DNA of 58,108 bases, from sequence record DRR378314_108. One strand, 5' to 3'. The position numbers and the translations under genes were made by a program. Below the pieces are notes generated by a model. The model was not told the DNA's origin, searched no databases, and saw only the letters and a list, made by a program, of their open reading frames with translations. Numbering within the stretch: the stretch's first letter is position 1; each line of letters starts with the position of its first letter. This document shows, one piece after another, positions 28,812 through 39,241 of this stretch.

Positions 28812-29777
28812 TTATTCAACAAATAGGGATTGGCTCGCGATCATGGGAGAGAGTTGCAGGTTCCAGTGATCCATCCCGCTCTGGCTGTAGACATAGTGGC
28901 CGCTCAGGGAATTCATTTTTGGAATGCGGTCTGGTTTGACACCATTGAGAATGAGTGAGGCCAGTCGAGCAGCGGTGACGCCTTCCTGGTGGGCCGAAAT
29001 AGTGAACCCGCCAATGGCCTGTTGTTTGCCGATGAAAATATCCCAGAACGAGAAGATGGGCACCTGGGCCCGGCTAAATGCCTCGTTAATCAGTTTATCC
29101 GGCGTGATGTAGGTTCCCGCGGAATCCCGAATGGTGTGGTGGGTCCCCACGACGATGGCATCGTACTGTTCATGGGCCTGGAAAACCGACTGCAACCAGG
29201 TGTCTTTGTCGTTGGTGAGAACGATGTCCAGTTTAGAGCCATAGACCTCAGCACTTCTCTTGTCGCCGAAGTATTCGTTCACCGCGTTGCGCATGGTGGG
29301 GGAATCGTCCATCAGCACCAGGAAGCGTTCGTCGACTCTCAACACTTTCTGCAAATGGCGGATGCTCTCCGCGAAAAACGGGCGCTCCAGGATGCCGGCA
29401 ACCAGGGGATGGTTCAGGGTAGGGTGCTGAACCGGCCCGCCATTGACACCCAGGAAGACAACGGGGATCTCCACGTCAACAAGGTGGCTGGCCATCAGGG
29501 AGAACGCATTGTCGTCACCGAGGATGGCAATCTCCGGCTGAATCTCGGAAATGGATTGCTGGATGCTGGCGACTTTTTGCGGCCATTCGGATTTCGGCAG
29601 CCGTTTCGTGTCTAATGCCAGCACATGAATATCGTGGTCTTTACCCAGGACTGAGCGGACGGCAGCGATGTAATCGGCATCCCATTTGTATCCCTCATGG
29701 TAGCTTTCGATGATGACGACGGTTTTACTGAAACACAGGGGACTTACCAGCAGTAGAGCCAGGACGAGAAAACGCAT
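28812..29777 (-). CDS. Exported ABC-type substrate-binding-like protein
   Basis: Signal peptide, 'VVIIESYHEGYKWD', 'GDDNA', 'PVVFLGVN' and 'AIGG...S...EG..AA.LA..IL.G..P..IP'. AAGGA RBS before ATG 29777. Confidence 0.75.
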   Translation of the reverse strand: MRFLVLALLLVSPLCFSKTVVIIESYHEGYKWDADYIAAVRSVLGKDHDIHVLALDTKRLPKSEWPQKVASIQQSISEIQPEIAILGDDNAFSLMASHLVDVEIPVVFLGVNGGPVQHPTLNHPLVAGILERPFFAESIRHLQKVLRVDERFLVLMDDSPTMRNAVNEYFGDKRSAEVYGSKLDIVLTNDKDTWLQSVFQAHEQYDAIVVGTHHTIRDSAGTYITPDKLINEAFSRAQVPIFSFWDIFIGKQQAIGGFTISAHQEGVTAARLASLILNGVKPDRIPKMNSLSGHYVYSQSGMDHWNLQLSPMIASQSLFVE

Positions 29778-29992
29778 GCGTTGTTCCTTATTGTTATCAG
29801 GGTGGCGGCACACACTCGTTCTATCTTGTCGGTGATGCGTCTTTATTGTTGTTGCCGGCCACTGATACAGGAACCATGCCAGAATCGTAAGTATCTGAAA
29901 TTAAGTTTGATTATAGGATCTGGCGATCAACACGGGTCTTTTTCAGGGCCCGACTGTCTGGCTATCTGGACAACTTTTGGTATGCAGGGGGG

Positions 29993-30018
29993 AATGTGTC
30001 CGCGGCCGCGGACACATT
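29993..30018. repeat. Perfect 26-bp palindrome AATGTGTCCGCGG|CCGCGGACACATT just downstream of purU
   Basis: Read directly from the sequence; probably a 3' hairpin or terminator of the sox-purU transcript. Confidence 0.6.
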
Positions 30019-30043
30019 GTCTGGTTTTTCGGGCGGTACTCGC

Positions 30044-30910
30044 TCAGTCCGGGAACACGACTGTGCGGTTGCCGTGCAGGAAAACCCGTTTTTCGATGTG
30101 GTAGTGGACGGCCTTGGCCAGTGTGTGGCTTTCAATATCCTGCCCCTTGGCGATAAGGTCCTCGGGATAATGACTATGGTCCACAGCCTGCACGCCCTGG
30201 GTGATGATCGGGCCTTCATCCAGGTCGTCGTTTACGTAGTGGGCGGTTGCTCCAACCAGTTTTACGCCCTGGGCCCATGCCTGGTGATAGGGTTTTGCGC
30301 CCTTGAAACCAGGCAACAGGGAGTGGTGAATATTGATCGCCCAGCCATCAAGCCTGTCGGCCAGTTCGGGTGACAATACCTGCATGTATCGTGCAAGTAC
30401 CACAAGCTCGCAGCGGTGTTCGTTAATCAGCTCCCATACCCTGGCTTCCTGCTCCGGCTTCGTCTCGGGTGTGATGGGCAGGTGGAAGTAGGGGATGCCA
30501 TGCCACTCCACAAGGGATTCCAGGTCCGGATGGTTGGAGATGACCAGTGGGATTTCGATCGCCAACTCCCCGGTGCGGTACCGGTAGAGCAGGTCATTGA
30601 GACAATGGTCATACCTCGACACCAGAATGGCGACCCGCGCTCGATGTTCAGGTTCGGTCAACTCCCATTGCATGTCGAACTTGGCGGCGCGGGGTGACAA
30701 CATCTCTTGAAGTTTCTCAAGAGACGCAGTGCCGCCCAGAGGGCGGAACTCGACCCGAATGCTGAAACTTTCCGTGGCCTTGTCGTCGAACGAGTTCAAC
30801 GCCACGATGTAGTTCTCACTTTCGGCCAGGCTGCGGGTAACCGCATCAACGGTGCCCAGACGGCTCGGGCATTGAGCTGTCAGGATCCAGAGTTTCTCTT
30901 TAACGCCCAT
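30044..30910 (-). CDS. purU: Formyltetrahydrofolate deformylase
   Basis: ACT-like N-terminus, 'HCLNDLLYR', 'VLARYMQVLS', 'INIHHSLLPGFKGAKPYHQA' and 'DLDEGPII'. Confidence 0.95.
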   Translation of the reverse strand: MGVKEKLWILTAQCPSRLGTVDAVTRSLAESENYIVALNSFDDKATESFSIRVEFRPLGGTASLEKLQEMLSPRAAKFDMQWELTEPEHRARVAILVSRYDHCLNDLLYRYRTGELAIEIPLVISNHPDLESLVEWHGIPYFHLPITPETKPEQEARVWELINEHRCELVVLARYMQVLSPELADRLDGWAINIHHSLLPGFKGAKPYHQAWAQGVKLVGATAHYVNDDLDEGPIITQGVQAVDHSHYPEDLIAKGQDIESHTLAKAVHYHIEKRVFLHGNRTVVFPD

Positions 30911-30920
30911 CGGTATACCC

Positions 30921-31640
30921 TCAGTTTTCAACCGGGCTCGCCTCGAGCCGACCAGCACGATTTGTGGAGGCGTCTTGAGGCGGTTGATCCAGGCTCAGGC
31001 GGTATTCCTGGCTTGCGTCAACCAGCCAGCGCCAGACGTAGTCCGCGAAACTGCGGCGTACCACCAGTTCCCACTCGTCGTCGCCGACACGGCGGATTGT
31101 TGCCTGGGATTTGCCCAGGACCGTGGTCACCACCTTGCCGACCGGGAAGTTGCGGTCGTGCACGTCGTAGGGGCAGCTCTTCATCAGTACCGAGCGCGCC
31201 CTGGCACCGGCCAACCGTACCAGCGTCTGGCCACCGCCGACATTAATCACCGCATAGTGGCCGTCAAGTTGCTCCCGTAGCGCCATTTCCATGGCCAGGG
31301 CCTGATCGCCCGGGCCCGTCAGCAACCATTCGTCGGGCGCGATCCAGCTCAGGGCCCATTCGCTGTTTTGGTTGCTTCGCAACGCCTCCGGCAACGCAAG
31401 CCCGGTGGCGGTCTCGACACCCTTGGCGAAATCGGCATTGCTGGCATCCCCCCGCAGGGCGAGGTGTGTCTTCAGGCTGAGTTCCCAGAGGTGGACGCCG
31501 GGGTTTTCCGGTGTTGTGCCAGACCCGGTTTGCACCTGGTGCGCCAGCGGGCTGCGTGCTGGCACGTCGGTGGCCGGCAACTGGTCCATGATGGCTACCT
31601 GGGTCGACACAAGGGTCGCCTCGTTGATGGCTTCAGACAT
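30921..31640 (-). CDS. soxG: Sarcosine oxidase gamma subunit
   Basis: 'WIAPDEWLL', 'ARSVLMKSCPYDVH..NFPVGK' and 'VRRSFADY.W.WL'; overlaps the soxA stop. Confidence 0.92.
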   Translation of the reverse strand: MSEAINEATLVSTQVAIMDQLPATDVPARSPLAHQVQTGSGTTPENPGVHLWELSLKTHLALRGDASNADFAKGVETATGLALPEALRSNQNSEWALSWIAPDEWLLTGPGDQALAMEMALREQLDGHYAVINVGGGQTLVRLAGARARSVLMKSCPYDVHDRNFPVGKVVTTVLGKSQATIRRVGDDEWELVVRRSFADYVWRWLVDASQEYRLSLDQPPQDASTNRAGRLEASPVEN

Positions 31641-34600
31641 TTTGACGCTCCCCCTTCGGATCCAAAAAGATAGTGCTGCAGATTTCCGCTTCGACAACCC
31701 GGCCGTCGACCAACGGGTAGTAGACGGTGTCGCCCGTTCGCTTATGGCCGTTCTTGATCACGCCCATGGCAACGGAGCGACCAAGGTTGGCGCTGTAGTA
31801 GCTGGAGGTGACGTGCCCCAGCATTGGTACCGGCGTGGGGTGATTGGGGTTGTCGACAGCCTGGGCGCCCTCGGGCAATACAATGCTTGGGTCCCTGGTT
31901 TTCAGCCCGACCAGTTGCTTGCGGTTTTCCCGCACGCAGTCTTCCCGTTTCATGCCACGTTTGCCAATGAAGCTGAACGGCTTGTCTTCCTTGACGGCCC
32001 AGCCCATGCCCAGGTCGTAGGGGTGAACGGAACCATCGGTGTCCTGGCCAGCGATGATGAAACCTTTCTCGGCGCGCAGGATATGCATGGTCTCGGTGCC
32101 ATAAGGCGTCAGGTCGTACTTTTCGCCGTGCTCGAACAGCTTTTCCCAGACGTGCAGGCCGTAGTTCGCCTGAACGTTGATCTCGTAGGACAGTTCGCCG
32201 GTGAAGGAGATACGGAACACTCGGGCCGGCACACCAGCGACGGTGCCCTGGCGCCAGTCCATGAACTTGAAGGTGTCCTTGTCCAGATCAATGTCGTCGG
32301 TCAGTTCGGCCAGCAGCTTGCGTGCGTTTGGCCCGGCAATGGTCATGGTGGCCCAGTGGTCGGTCACGGTGTTCATGTAGACCTCAAGTTCCGGCCACTC
32401 GGTCTGGTGATAGAACTCCAGCCACTCAAGCACGCCAGCGGCGCCGCCGGTGGTCGTGGTCATCAGGAAGTGGTTCTCGGCGAGGCAGGAGGTGACCCCA
32501 TCGTCGAACACCATGCCGTCTTCCTTGCACATCAGGCCATAGCGGCATTTACCCACCGGGAGTTTTGCCCAGGCGTTGGTGTAGATGCGGCCAAGGAACT
32601 CGCGGGCGTCCTTGCCCTGAATGTCGATCTTGCCCAGGGTCGAGGCGTCGAGAACGCCGACACTGTTGCGCGTTGCCAGGCATTCCCGATCAAGCGCCTG
32701 CTGCATGGTTTCGCCGGCCTTGGGGAAATACCAGGGGCGTTTCCATTGGCCGACGTCCTCGAACTTGGCGCCGTGCCTGACGTGCCATTCATGCATGGCG
32801 CTGTAACGCTTCGGTTCGAACAGGTCACGGCAGTGTCGCCCGGCAATGGCGCCGAAGGTAACCGGCGTGTAGTTCGGCCGGAAAATCGTCGTACCGGTTT
32901 GCGGAATCGTCTGGTTCAGGGACTTGGCCGCAACGGCCATGCCGTTGATGTTACCGAGCTTGCCCTGATCGGTGCCGAAGCCCATCGCCGTGTATCGCTT
33001 CACGTGCTCGATGGATTCAAAACCCTCGCGGGTTGCCAGTTCGATACCAGCGGCGGTCACATCGGTCTGGAAGTCGACGAACTGCTTCGGTGCGCGGCTG
33101 TTGGGTTTATGGTGCGGCACGCAGAACAGTGCCATGGCACGGGTTTCCGGTCGGGTTTCAGTCGACGGTGCAGGGGCCGGCTCTGTCTCGAAGCCGGATT
33201 TGGTGGCCGCTTCGGCGCCAATACGGGCTCCGTCGGCAAGGCAGCCGGCCAGGGAATAGCAACCGGTCACGGCGCCGGCCGTGAGTTGCTTCTGAACGGT
33301 CTTGCCCGGCACGAATCCGATGACGTCGTCATCCCAGACCGGGCGGCTGCCGGTATGGCATGACAGATGAACCGCCGGGCTCCAGCCACCGGAACTGGCC
33401 AGGGTGTCGCAGCTCAGCACAGTGCCTTGCCCGGTGACTTGGGTGCCGTCAGCATTCAGGCCGGCGACCACCGCGCCTGTCACTCGCATCCTACCCTTGG
33501 CGTCGATGACAGCCTGGCCTTTCAGTATCCTGATGCCACGTCGGCTGGCCTCGTCCTGCCAGGCGCCTTCGGCATTGGGCCGGGTGTCGACGATGGCGAC
33601 GACTTCCCGCCCGGCATCCTGCCAGTCGAAAGCCGTGCGATAGGCGTTGTCGTTGGTGGTCATCAGTACCAGCTGGCGGCCGGGCACCACGGCGTAGCGG
33701 TTGATATAGGTCGACACCGCCGACGCCAGCATGCAGCCGGGCAGGTCATTGTTGCCGTACACCAGCGGCCGCTCATGGGCACCGGTGGCCAGTACCACCC
33801 ACTTGGCACGCACCCGGTGCAGGCGTTGACGGGACTGGTTCACCGGAGCGCGGTCACTCACGTGATCGGTACGACGCTCGTGAATGGTCAGGAAGTTGTG
33901 GTCGTGGTAGCCATTGACGGTGGCGCGGGGTAGCAACAGGACATTGTCGTACTTCGACAGTTCCTCCAGGGTATTCCGTACCCAGTCGCTGGCCGGTTTA
34001 CCGTCCAGGGTATCGCCACTGTCGAGCAACGAGCCCCCCATCTCGGCCTGTTCGTCGGCAAGGATTACACGTGCTCCCGAACGGGCGGCGGACAGGGCTG
34101 CGGACAGCCCGGCAGGCCCGGCGCCGACGATCAGCACATCGGTATGGTGATTCAGGTGGTCGTATGTGTCGACGTCCGGATCCCGCGGCGAACGGCCAAA
34201 GCCGGCAGCCTTGCGAATGTACTTCTCATAGGTTTCCCAGGCCGCCTGGGGGAACATGAATGTCTTGTAGTAGAAGCCGGGAGGCAGCATGCGACCGAGG
34301 AAGGAGCCAAAAATGCCCAGTAAATCAAACTGCAGGTTTGGCCAGCCGCTAGTGGGTTGGCTGACCAGCCCATTAAACAGTTCCTGCTGGGTGGCGCGGA
34401 CATTCGGTACCTGGGTTGCTTCGGTGGCACCGAGCTGGAATACCGCGTTTGGCTCCTCGGCGCCAGCGGCGACGATGCCGCGGGGGCGACTGTACTTGAA
34501 GCTGCGGCCGATTACATCGACGCCATTGGCGAGTAACGCCGAGGCCAGCGTATCACCGGCAAAGCCCTTGTACCGTTGACCGTTGAATTCAAAGGTCAGG

Positions 34601-34653
34601 TGCTTGCTGCGGTCGATCCGGCCGCCGTGGTCGAGACGGTTGGGTTGTGTCAT
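31633..34653 (-). CDS. soxA: Sarcosine oxidase alpha subunit
   Basis: 'GDTLASALLANG...GRSFKYSRPRG', GAGPAG, 'KRYTAMGFGTDQGK' and a GcvT-like C-domain. Start moved to ATG 34653. Confidence 0.95.
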   Translation of the reverse strand: MTQPNRLDHGGRIDRSKHLTFEFNGQRYKGFAGDTLASALLANGVDVIGRSFKYSRPRGIVAAGAEEPNAVFQLGATEATQVPNVRATQQELFNGLVSQPTSGWPNLQFDLLGIFGSFLGRMLPPGFYYKTFMFPQAAWETYEKYIRKAAGFGRSPRDPDVDTYDHLNHHTDVLIVGAGPAGLSAALSAARSGARVILADEQAEMGGSLLDSGDTLDGKPASDWVRNTLEELSKYDNVLLLPRATVNGYHDHNFLTIHERRTDHVSDRAPVNQSRQRLHRVRAKWVVLATGAHERPLVYGNNDLPGCMLASAVSTYINRYAVVPGRQLVLMTTNDNAYRTAFDWQDAGREVVAIVDTRPNAEGAWQDEASRRGIRILKGQAVIDAKGRMRVTGAVVAGLNADGTQVTGQGTVLSCDTLASSGGWSPAVHLSCHTGSRPVWDDDVIGFVPGKTVQKQLTAGAVTGCYSLAGCLADGARIGAEAATKSGFETEPAPAPSTETRPETRAMALFCVPHHKPNSRAPKQFVDFQTDVTAAGIELATREGFESIEHVKRYTAMGFGTDQGKLGNINGMAVAAKSLNQTIPQTGTTIFRPNYTPVTFGAIAGRHCRDLFEPKRYSAMHEWHVRHGAKFEDVGQWKRPWYFPKAGETMQQALDRECLATRNSVGVLDASTLGKIDIQGKDAREFLGRIYTNAWAKLPVGKCRYGLMCKEDGMVFDDGVTSCLAENHFLMTTTTGGAAGVLEWLEFYHQTEWPELEVYMNTVTDHWATMTIAGPNARKLLAELTDDIDLDKDTFKFMDWRQGTVAGVPARVFRISFTGELSYEINVQANYGLHVWEKLFEHGEKYDLTPYGTETMHILRAEKGFIIAGQDTDGSVHPYDLGMGWAVKEDKPFSFIGKRGMKREDCVRENRKQLVGLKTRDPSIVLPEGAQAVDNPNHPTPVPMLGHVTSSYYSANLGRSVAMGVIKNGHKRTGDTVYYPLVDGRVVEAEICSTIFLDPKGERQNV

Positions 34654-34664
34654 GTCATCGCCTC

Positions 34665-34967
34665 TCAGGACTGCTGCTGTTCGGTGAAATGGGTAACGCG
34701 CGGTGCGTCGCCCATCCGGTAGGTTTCCAGGATTTCGTAGCTCTGGGTGTCGCGCGTGGCGTTGAAAAACTTGCGACAACCGATGGCATGAACCCAGATC
34801 TCGTGGTGCAGGCCGCGAGGGTTGTCGCGGAAGTAGATGTAATTTCCCCACTCCTCGTCACTGCAGGCGTCCGGATCGGCCGGGCGGGACAGATGGGCCT
34901 GGCCCTTGGGGTGAAATTCCTCTTCTTCCCGATATTCGCCACAATAGGGGCAATAGATGTGAAACAT
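34665..34967 (-). CDS. soxD: Sarcosine oxidase delta subunit
   Basis: 'IYCPYCGE.REEEEF', 'RDNPRG.HHE.W.H..GCRKFFN..RDT' Zn ligands. Confidence 0.95.
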   Translation of the reverse strand: MFHIYCPYCGEYREEEEFHPKGQAHLSRPADPDACSDEEWGNYIYFRDNPRGLHHEIWVHAIGCRKFFNATRDTQSYEILETYRMGDAPRVTHFTEQQQS

Positions 34968-34982
34968 GTTGTGTTACCTCGC

Positions 34983-36242
34983 TCAGTGGGCCACGCCAGC
35001 AGCGCCGTGTTCATCGATCAGGGCCCCGTTGTGGAACCGGAACATGGAGAACGGCTTCGCCAGTTCGTGGGCCTCGCCCTTCGCCAGGGTGGCGGCAAAA
35101 ACGTGCCCCGAACCGGGAGTTGCCTTGAAGCCGCCCGTGCCCCAGCCACAATTGAAGAAGAGATTTTCAACCGGGGTATCGGAGATGATCGGGCAGGCAT
35201 CCGGGCAGGTATCGACTATGCCGCCCCACTGCCGGTTCATGCGCACGCGGCTGAACATCGGGAACATTTCGACGATGGCCTGCAGGGTATGTTCGATGGT
35301 CGAGTAGGAGCCGCGCTGACCGTAACCGTTGTAGCCGTCAATGCCGGCCCCGATCACCAGGTCGCCTTTGTCGGACTGGGAAATGTAGCCATGTACCTGG
35401 TTGGACATGACCACGGTGTCCAGAATTGGCCGAATAGGCTCGGATACGAGAGCTTGCAACGGGTGTGACTCAAGCGGCAGCTGGAAGCCGGCCATATTGG
35501 CCAACACACTGGAGTTGCCGGCCACAACGCAGCCAATCCGGCCACCATAGATCGTGCCATGCTGCTTGGTTTTCACCCCGATGGCTTCGCCGTCTTCAAT
35601 CGCAAAGCCGTTCACTTCGCATTGCTGGATCAGATCCACCCCCATGGCATCCGCGGCACGGGCATAGCCCCAGGCCACCGCGTCGTGACGGGCCACGCCG
35701 GCACGAGGTTGCCAGGAAGCGCCCAGGATCGGATAGCGGGCGTTGGCGGAGCAGTCCAGGATCGGTACGATTTCCTGAACACCCTGGGTGTCGAGGGCCT
35801 CACTATCGATGCCGTTAAGACGATTTGCGTTCACCCGGCGCTCGATATCGCGCATATCCTGGAGGGTGTGCCCGAGGTTCAGTACACCCCGTTGGGAGAA
35901 CATGACGTTGTAGTTCAACTCCTGGGACATGCCTTCCCAGAGTTTCATGGCGTGCTCGTACAGCCACGCCGCTTCATCCCAGAGATAGTTCGAGCGCACG
36001 ATGGTGGTGTTCCGCGCCGTGTTGCCGCCCCCCAGATACCCCTTTTCGATCACAGCCACGTTAGTGATGTTGTGGACCTTCGCGAGATAGTAGGCCGTCG
36101 CCAGACCATGACCACCGCCCCCGACGATGATGACATCGTATTTCTTTTTCGGCTTGGGATTGCGCCAGACCCGCTGCCAGTTCTCATGGAACGTCAGCGC
36201 ATGTTTTAGCAGTCCAAATCCGGAATATTTCTGCATTGTCAT
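34983..36242 (-). CDS. soxB: Sarcosine oxidase beta subunit
   Basis: '[14 protein letters not shown]', '[15 protein letters not shown]', '[11 protein letters not shown]' and '[11 protein letters not shown]'. Confidence 0.96.
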   Translation of the reverse strand: MTMQKYSGFGLLKHALTFHENWQRVWRNPKPKKKYDVIIVGGGGHGLATAYYLAKVHNITNVAVIEKGYLGGGNTARNTTIVRSNYLWDEAAWLYEHAMKLWEGMSQELNYNVMFSQRGVLNLGHTLQDMRDIERRVNANRLNGIDSEALDTQGVQEIVPILDCSANARYPILGASWQPRAGVARHDAVAWGYARAADAMGVDLIQQCEVNGFAIEDGEAIGVKTKQHGTIYGGRIGCVVAGNSSVLANMAGFQLPLESHPLQALVSEPIRPILDTVVMSNQVHGYISQSDKGDLVIGAGIDGYNGYGQRGSYSTIEHTLQAIVEMFPMFSRVRMNRQWGGIVDTCPDACPIISDTPVENLFFNCGWGTGGFKATPGSGHVFAATLAKGEAHELAKPFSMFRFHNGALIDEHGAAGVAH

Positions 36243-36385
36243 GTCCTCTTCGATGGCAACCCAAGGGGAAGCTTCTTGTCTCGCCGTCTGGATCGGCGCT
36301 TATTTTAAGGGTGTGCCCCGGTTCGTTGTTATGGGACGGATTGAAAGGATGGTATGCGCACCACCGTCCTGTCATCTGCTCGCTC

Positions 36386-36412
36386 ACGACATTCCAATGA
36401 GGATTTGCGACA
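36386..36412 (-). promoter_or_regulatory. GbdR/SouR-type tandem site upstream of soxB (TGTCGC-N15-TGTCGT on the minus strand)
   Basis: Plus strand reads ACGACA(36386)-N15-GCGACA(36407); the same spacing recurs at other promoters of the cluster. Confidence 0.7.
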
Positions 36413-36422
36413 GGCCGAACGG

Positions 36423-37805
36423 CTAACACTCGATCACATTGACGGCCAGTCCGCCGCGGGAGGTTTCCTTGTACTTATCAAGCATATCCCGCCCGGTGTC
36501 CCGCATGGTCCGGATCACCTTGTCCAGCGATACGAAGTGGTCGCCATCGCCCCTCAGCGCCATCACCGCCGCATTAATTGCCTTAACGGCCCCGACCGCA
36601 TTGCGTTCGATGCAGGGCACCTGAACCAGCCCGCCAATGGGATCGCAGGTAAGCCCAAGGTGATGTTCCATGCCGATCTCCGCTGCGTTCTCGACCTGTT
36701 CCGGAGAACCGCCTGTTACCGCGGCAAGGCCGGCCGCCGCCATTGCACAGGCCGAGCCGACTTCACCCTGACAGCCCACTTCCGCGCCGGAAATCGAGGC
36801 GTTTTCCTTGAACAGGATGCCGATCGCCGCTGCTGTCAGCAGGAACCGGATGACACCGTCCTCGCTGGCATTGGGGCACCAGTTCCAGTAGTAGTGCAGC
36901 ACCGCCGGTATGATGCCGGCAGCACCGTTGGTGGGAGCGGTCACCATGCGGCCACCGGCGGCGTTCTCTTCGTTCACCGCCAGGGCATAGAGGTTGACCC
37001 AGTCCATGGCACTCAGGGAGGGCGTGATCAGGTCCATGCGATTGAGATCCATCAAAGACGCGTAAAGCTTCGCCGCCCGCCGTTTGACCTTGAGCCCGCC
37101 GGGCAGGATGCCTTCGTTGGTGATACCGTTCTGCACGCACTCCTGCATCACCTGCCAGATGTGCAGGATGCCTTCCCGTATCTCGGCTTCGCTGCGCCAG
37201 ACCTGTTCGTTGGCCATCATCAGGTCAGCGATCGACAGGTCGTGGTCCTTGCACTGGTTTAGCAGGTCGACAGCGCTCTTGAAGGGATAGGGAAGAGGGG
37301 TCTTGTCCTCCACGATCCGGTCAGCACCGGCGGCCTTCTCATCAACCACGAAACCGCCGCCGACCGAATAATAGGTACGTTGGCGCACCACCTCGCCGTT
37401 GCCATCGAAGACGGTAAACATCATGCCGTTCGGATGATAGGGCAGGGTTTCCTTTCGGTGGTAGGTCAGGTCGGCCTTCTCGTTGAAGGCAATGGGATGC
37501 TCCCCGAGCAGGCGGAGTTCCCCCTGGCTACGAATCTCCTCCGTCCGCGGCCCCAGGATGGTGGGGTCGACGGTGTCCGGGCTGTGGCCCTCGAGCCCGA
37601 GTAGCACTGCCGGGCCGGTACCGTGACCTTTGCCCGTCGCGCCCAGGGATCCGTAAAGCTGAATATCGACGCGGGCGACGCCGGTGAGCCCTTCGGCTTT
37701 CTTCAGACCCTCGACAAACCGACGGGCCGCCTGCATCGGACCCACAGTGTGGGAACTGGATGGACCGATGCCGATTTTCAGCATATCAAACAGACTGATG
37801 GCCAC
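36423..37805 (-). CDS. sdaA: L-serine ammonia-lyase (Fe-S, single chain)
   Basis: '[15 protein letters not shown]', 'YYSVGGGF', '[14 protein letters not shown]' and '[21 protein letters not shown]'; GTG start. Confidence 0.95.
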   Translation of the reverse strand: MAISLFDMLKIGIGPSSSHTVGPMQAARRFVEGLKKAEGLTGVARVDIQLYGSLGATGKGHGTGPAVLLGLEGHSPDTVDPTILGPRTEEIRSQGELRLLGEHPIAFNEKADLTYHRKETLPYHPNGMMFTVFDGNGEVVRQRTYYSVGGGFVVDEKAAGADRIVEDKTPLPYPFKSAVDLLNQCKDHDLSIADLMMANEQVWRSEAEIREGILHIWQVMQECVQNGITNEGILPGGLKVKRRAAKLYASLMDLNRMDLITPSLSAMDWVNLYALAVNEENAAGGRMVTAPTNGAAGIIPAVLHYYWNWCPNASEDGVIRFLLTAAAIGILFKENASISGAEVGCQGEVGSACAMAAAGLAAVTGGSPEQVENAAEIGMEHHLGLTCDPIGGLVQVPCIERNAVGAVKAINAAVMALRGDGDHFVSLDKVIRTMRDTGRDMLDKYKETSRGGLAVNVIEC

Positions 37806-37817
37806 GGGTAACTCTCC

Positions 37818-39080
37818 TCAACCGTACGCCGGAAAATCCCGGCACAACTGATCGACTTTCTCTCGCACCGCACTAATGGTGGAACCGGCATCGCCGTCCT
37901 GCAGGCCATCCAGGATATCGGCGATCCAACCGGCCAGGGTGCGGGATTCAGCTTCTTTCAGGCCGCGGGTGGTAATCACCGGTGAACCGATGCGCAACCC
38001 GGAAGTGACAAAGGGCGACTGGGGGTCATTGGGTACGGCATTCTTGTTTACGGTGATGTGCGCTTCACCCAACGCCGCGTCAGCTTCCTTGCCCGTCAGG
38101 CCCTGCTTGACCAGGCTGAGCAGGAACAGATGATTGTCGGTGCCGCCGGACACCACGTCGTAACCGCGCTCGATAAATACATCGGCCATGGCCCGGGCAT
38201 TACGGACAACCTGTTGCTGATAGCTCTGGAACTCGGGTTCGGCGGCTTCCTTGAAGGCCACTGCCTTGGCCGCGATAACGTGCATCAGAGGGCCGCCCTG
38301 GCCGGCCGGGAAAACCGCCGAATTGAATTTCTTCTCCAGGTCCGGCTGGCCCAGGGACAGGATCAGACCACCACGTGGGCCCCGCAGGGTTTTGTGGGTG
38401 GTGGTGGTCACCACATGGGCGTGGGGCAGGGGATTGGGATAGACACCAGCGGCAACCAGGCCTGCAACGTGCGCCATGTCCACCATCAGGTAAGCGCCGA
38501 CGGCATCGGCAATCTCACGGAAACGCGCCCAATCGACAACGCGGGAATAGGCCGAGAAACCGGCGACGATCATGCCCGGCTTGTGCTCCTTGGCCAGTGC
38601 TTCGACCTGATCGTAGTCGATCTCGCCAGTGGACTCGTTCAGGCCATACTGCACGGCGTTGTAGATCTTGCCGGAAAAGCTGACGTGGGCGCCGTGTGTC
38701 AGGTGGCCGCCATGGGCCAGGCTCATGCCCAGTACGGTATCGCCAGGGTTCAGCAGCGCCATGTACACCGCCGCGTTGGCCTGGGAGCCGGAATGGGGCT
38801 GTACGTTGACGTAGTCGGCACCGAACAGCGCCTTGGCACGGTCGATCGCCAGTTGCTCGACACGGTCGACGTGTTCGCAGCCGCCGTAGTAACGCTTGGC
38901 CGGATAACCTTCGGCGTATTTATTGGTCAGGCAAGACCCCTGGGCTTCCATCACCACGGGGCTGGTGTAGTTCTCGGAAGCAATCAGTTCCAGATGGTTT
39001 TCCTGGCGCACCGCCTCGTCCTGCATGGCCGCCCAGAGAGTTTCGTCGTATGAGGAAAGCGTTTTTGTTTTGCTGAACAT
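37818..39080 (-). CDS. glyA: Serine hydroxymethyltransferase
   Basis: 'LELIASEN', '[14 protein letters not shown]', 'HGGHLTHG' and PLP Lys in '[14 protein letters not shown]'. Confidence 0.97.
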   Translation of the reverse strand: MFSKTKTLSSYDETLWAAMQDEAVRQENHLELIASENYTSPVVMEAQGSCLTNKYAEGYPAKRYYGGCEHVDRVEQLAIDRAKALFGADYVNVQPHSGSQANAAVYMALLNPGDTVLGMSLAHGGHLTHGAHVSFSGKIYNAVQYGLNESTGEIDYDQVEALAKEHKPGMIVAGFSAYSRVVDWARFREIADAVGAYLMVDMAHVAGLVAAGVYPNPLPHAHVVTTTTHKTLRGPRGGLILSLGQPDLEKKFNSAVFPAGQGGPLMHVIAAKAVAFKEAAEPEFQSYQQQVVRNARAMADVFIERGYDVVSGGTDNHLFLLSLVKQGLTGKEADAALGEAHITVNKNAVPNDPQSPFVTSGLRIGSPVITTRGLKEAESRTLAGWIADILDGLQDGDAGSTISAVREKVDQLCRDFPAYG

Positions 39081-39177
39081 GGCTGAGATTCCTGATAGTG
39101 AAAACAGACCTGACGGATCAGGTGTGGGTTATCAGGAGGGATAGTAGGCCTGCTGGCGGATGTCGGTCTGCTCGGGC

Positions 39178-39237
39178 ACGACATGGGATCGAGAATTTGC
39201 GACAGAAGCCTGTCGCACACTACGAAGTCGGTGTCGA
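39178..39237. promoter_or_regulatory. Back-to-back pair of GbdR/SouR-type tandem sites upstream of glyA
   Basis: ACGACA(39178)-N15-GCGACA(39199), a 6-bp gap, then TGTCGC(39211)-N15-TGTCGA(39232). Confidence 0.7.
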
Positions 39238-39241
39238 AACA

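Noticed and set aside
31372-33363. 663-aa plus-strand ORF opposite soxA/soxG
   Set aside because: Antisense shadow of a GC3-biased gene with no recognisable motifs; soxA on the minus strand is unambiguous.
34654-34851. Apparent 66-aa N-terminal extension of SoxA overlapping soxD
   Set aside because: Artefact of longest-ORF calling; SoxA homology and an RBS point to ATG 34653.
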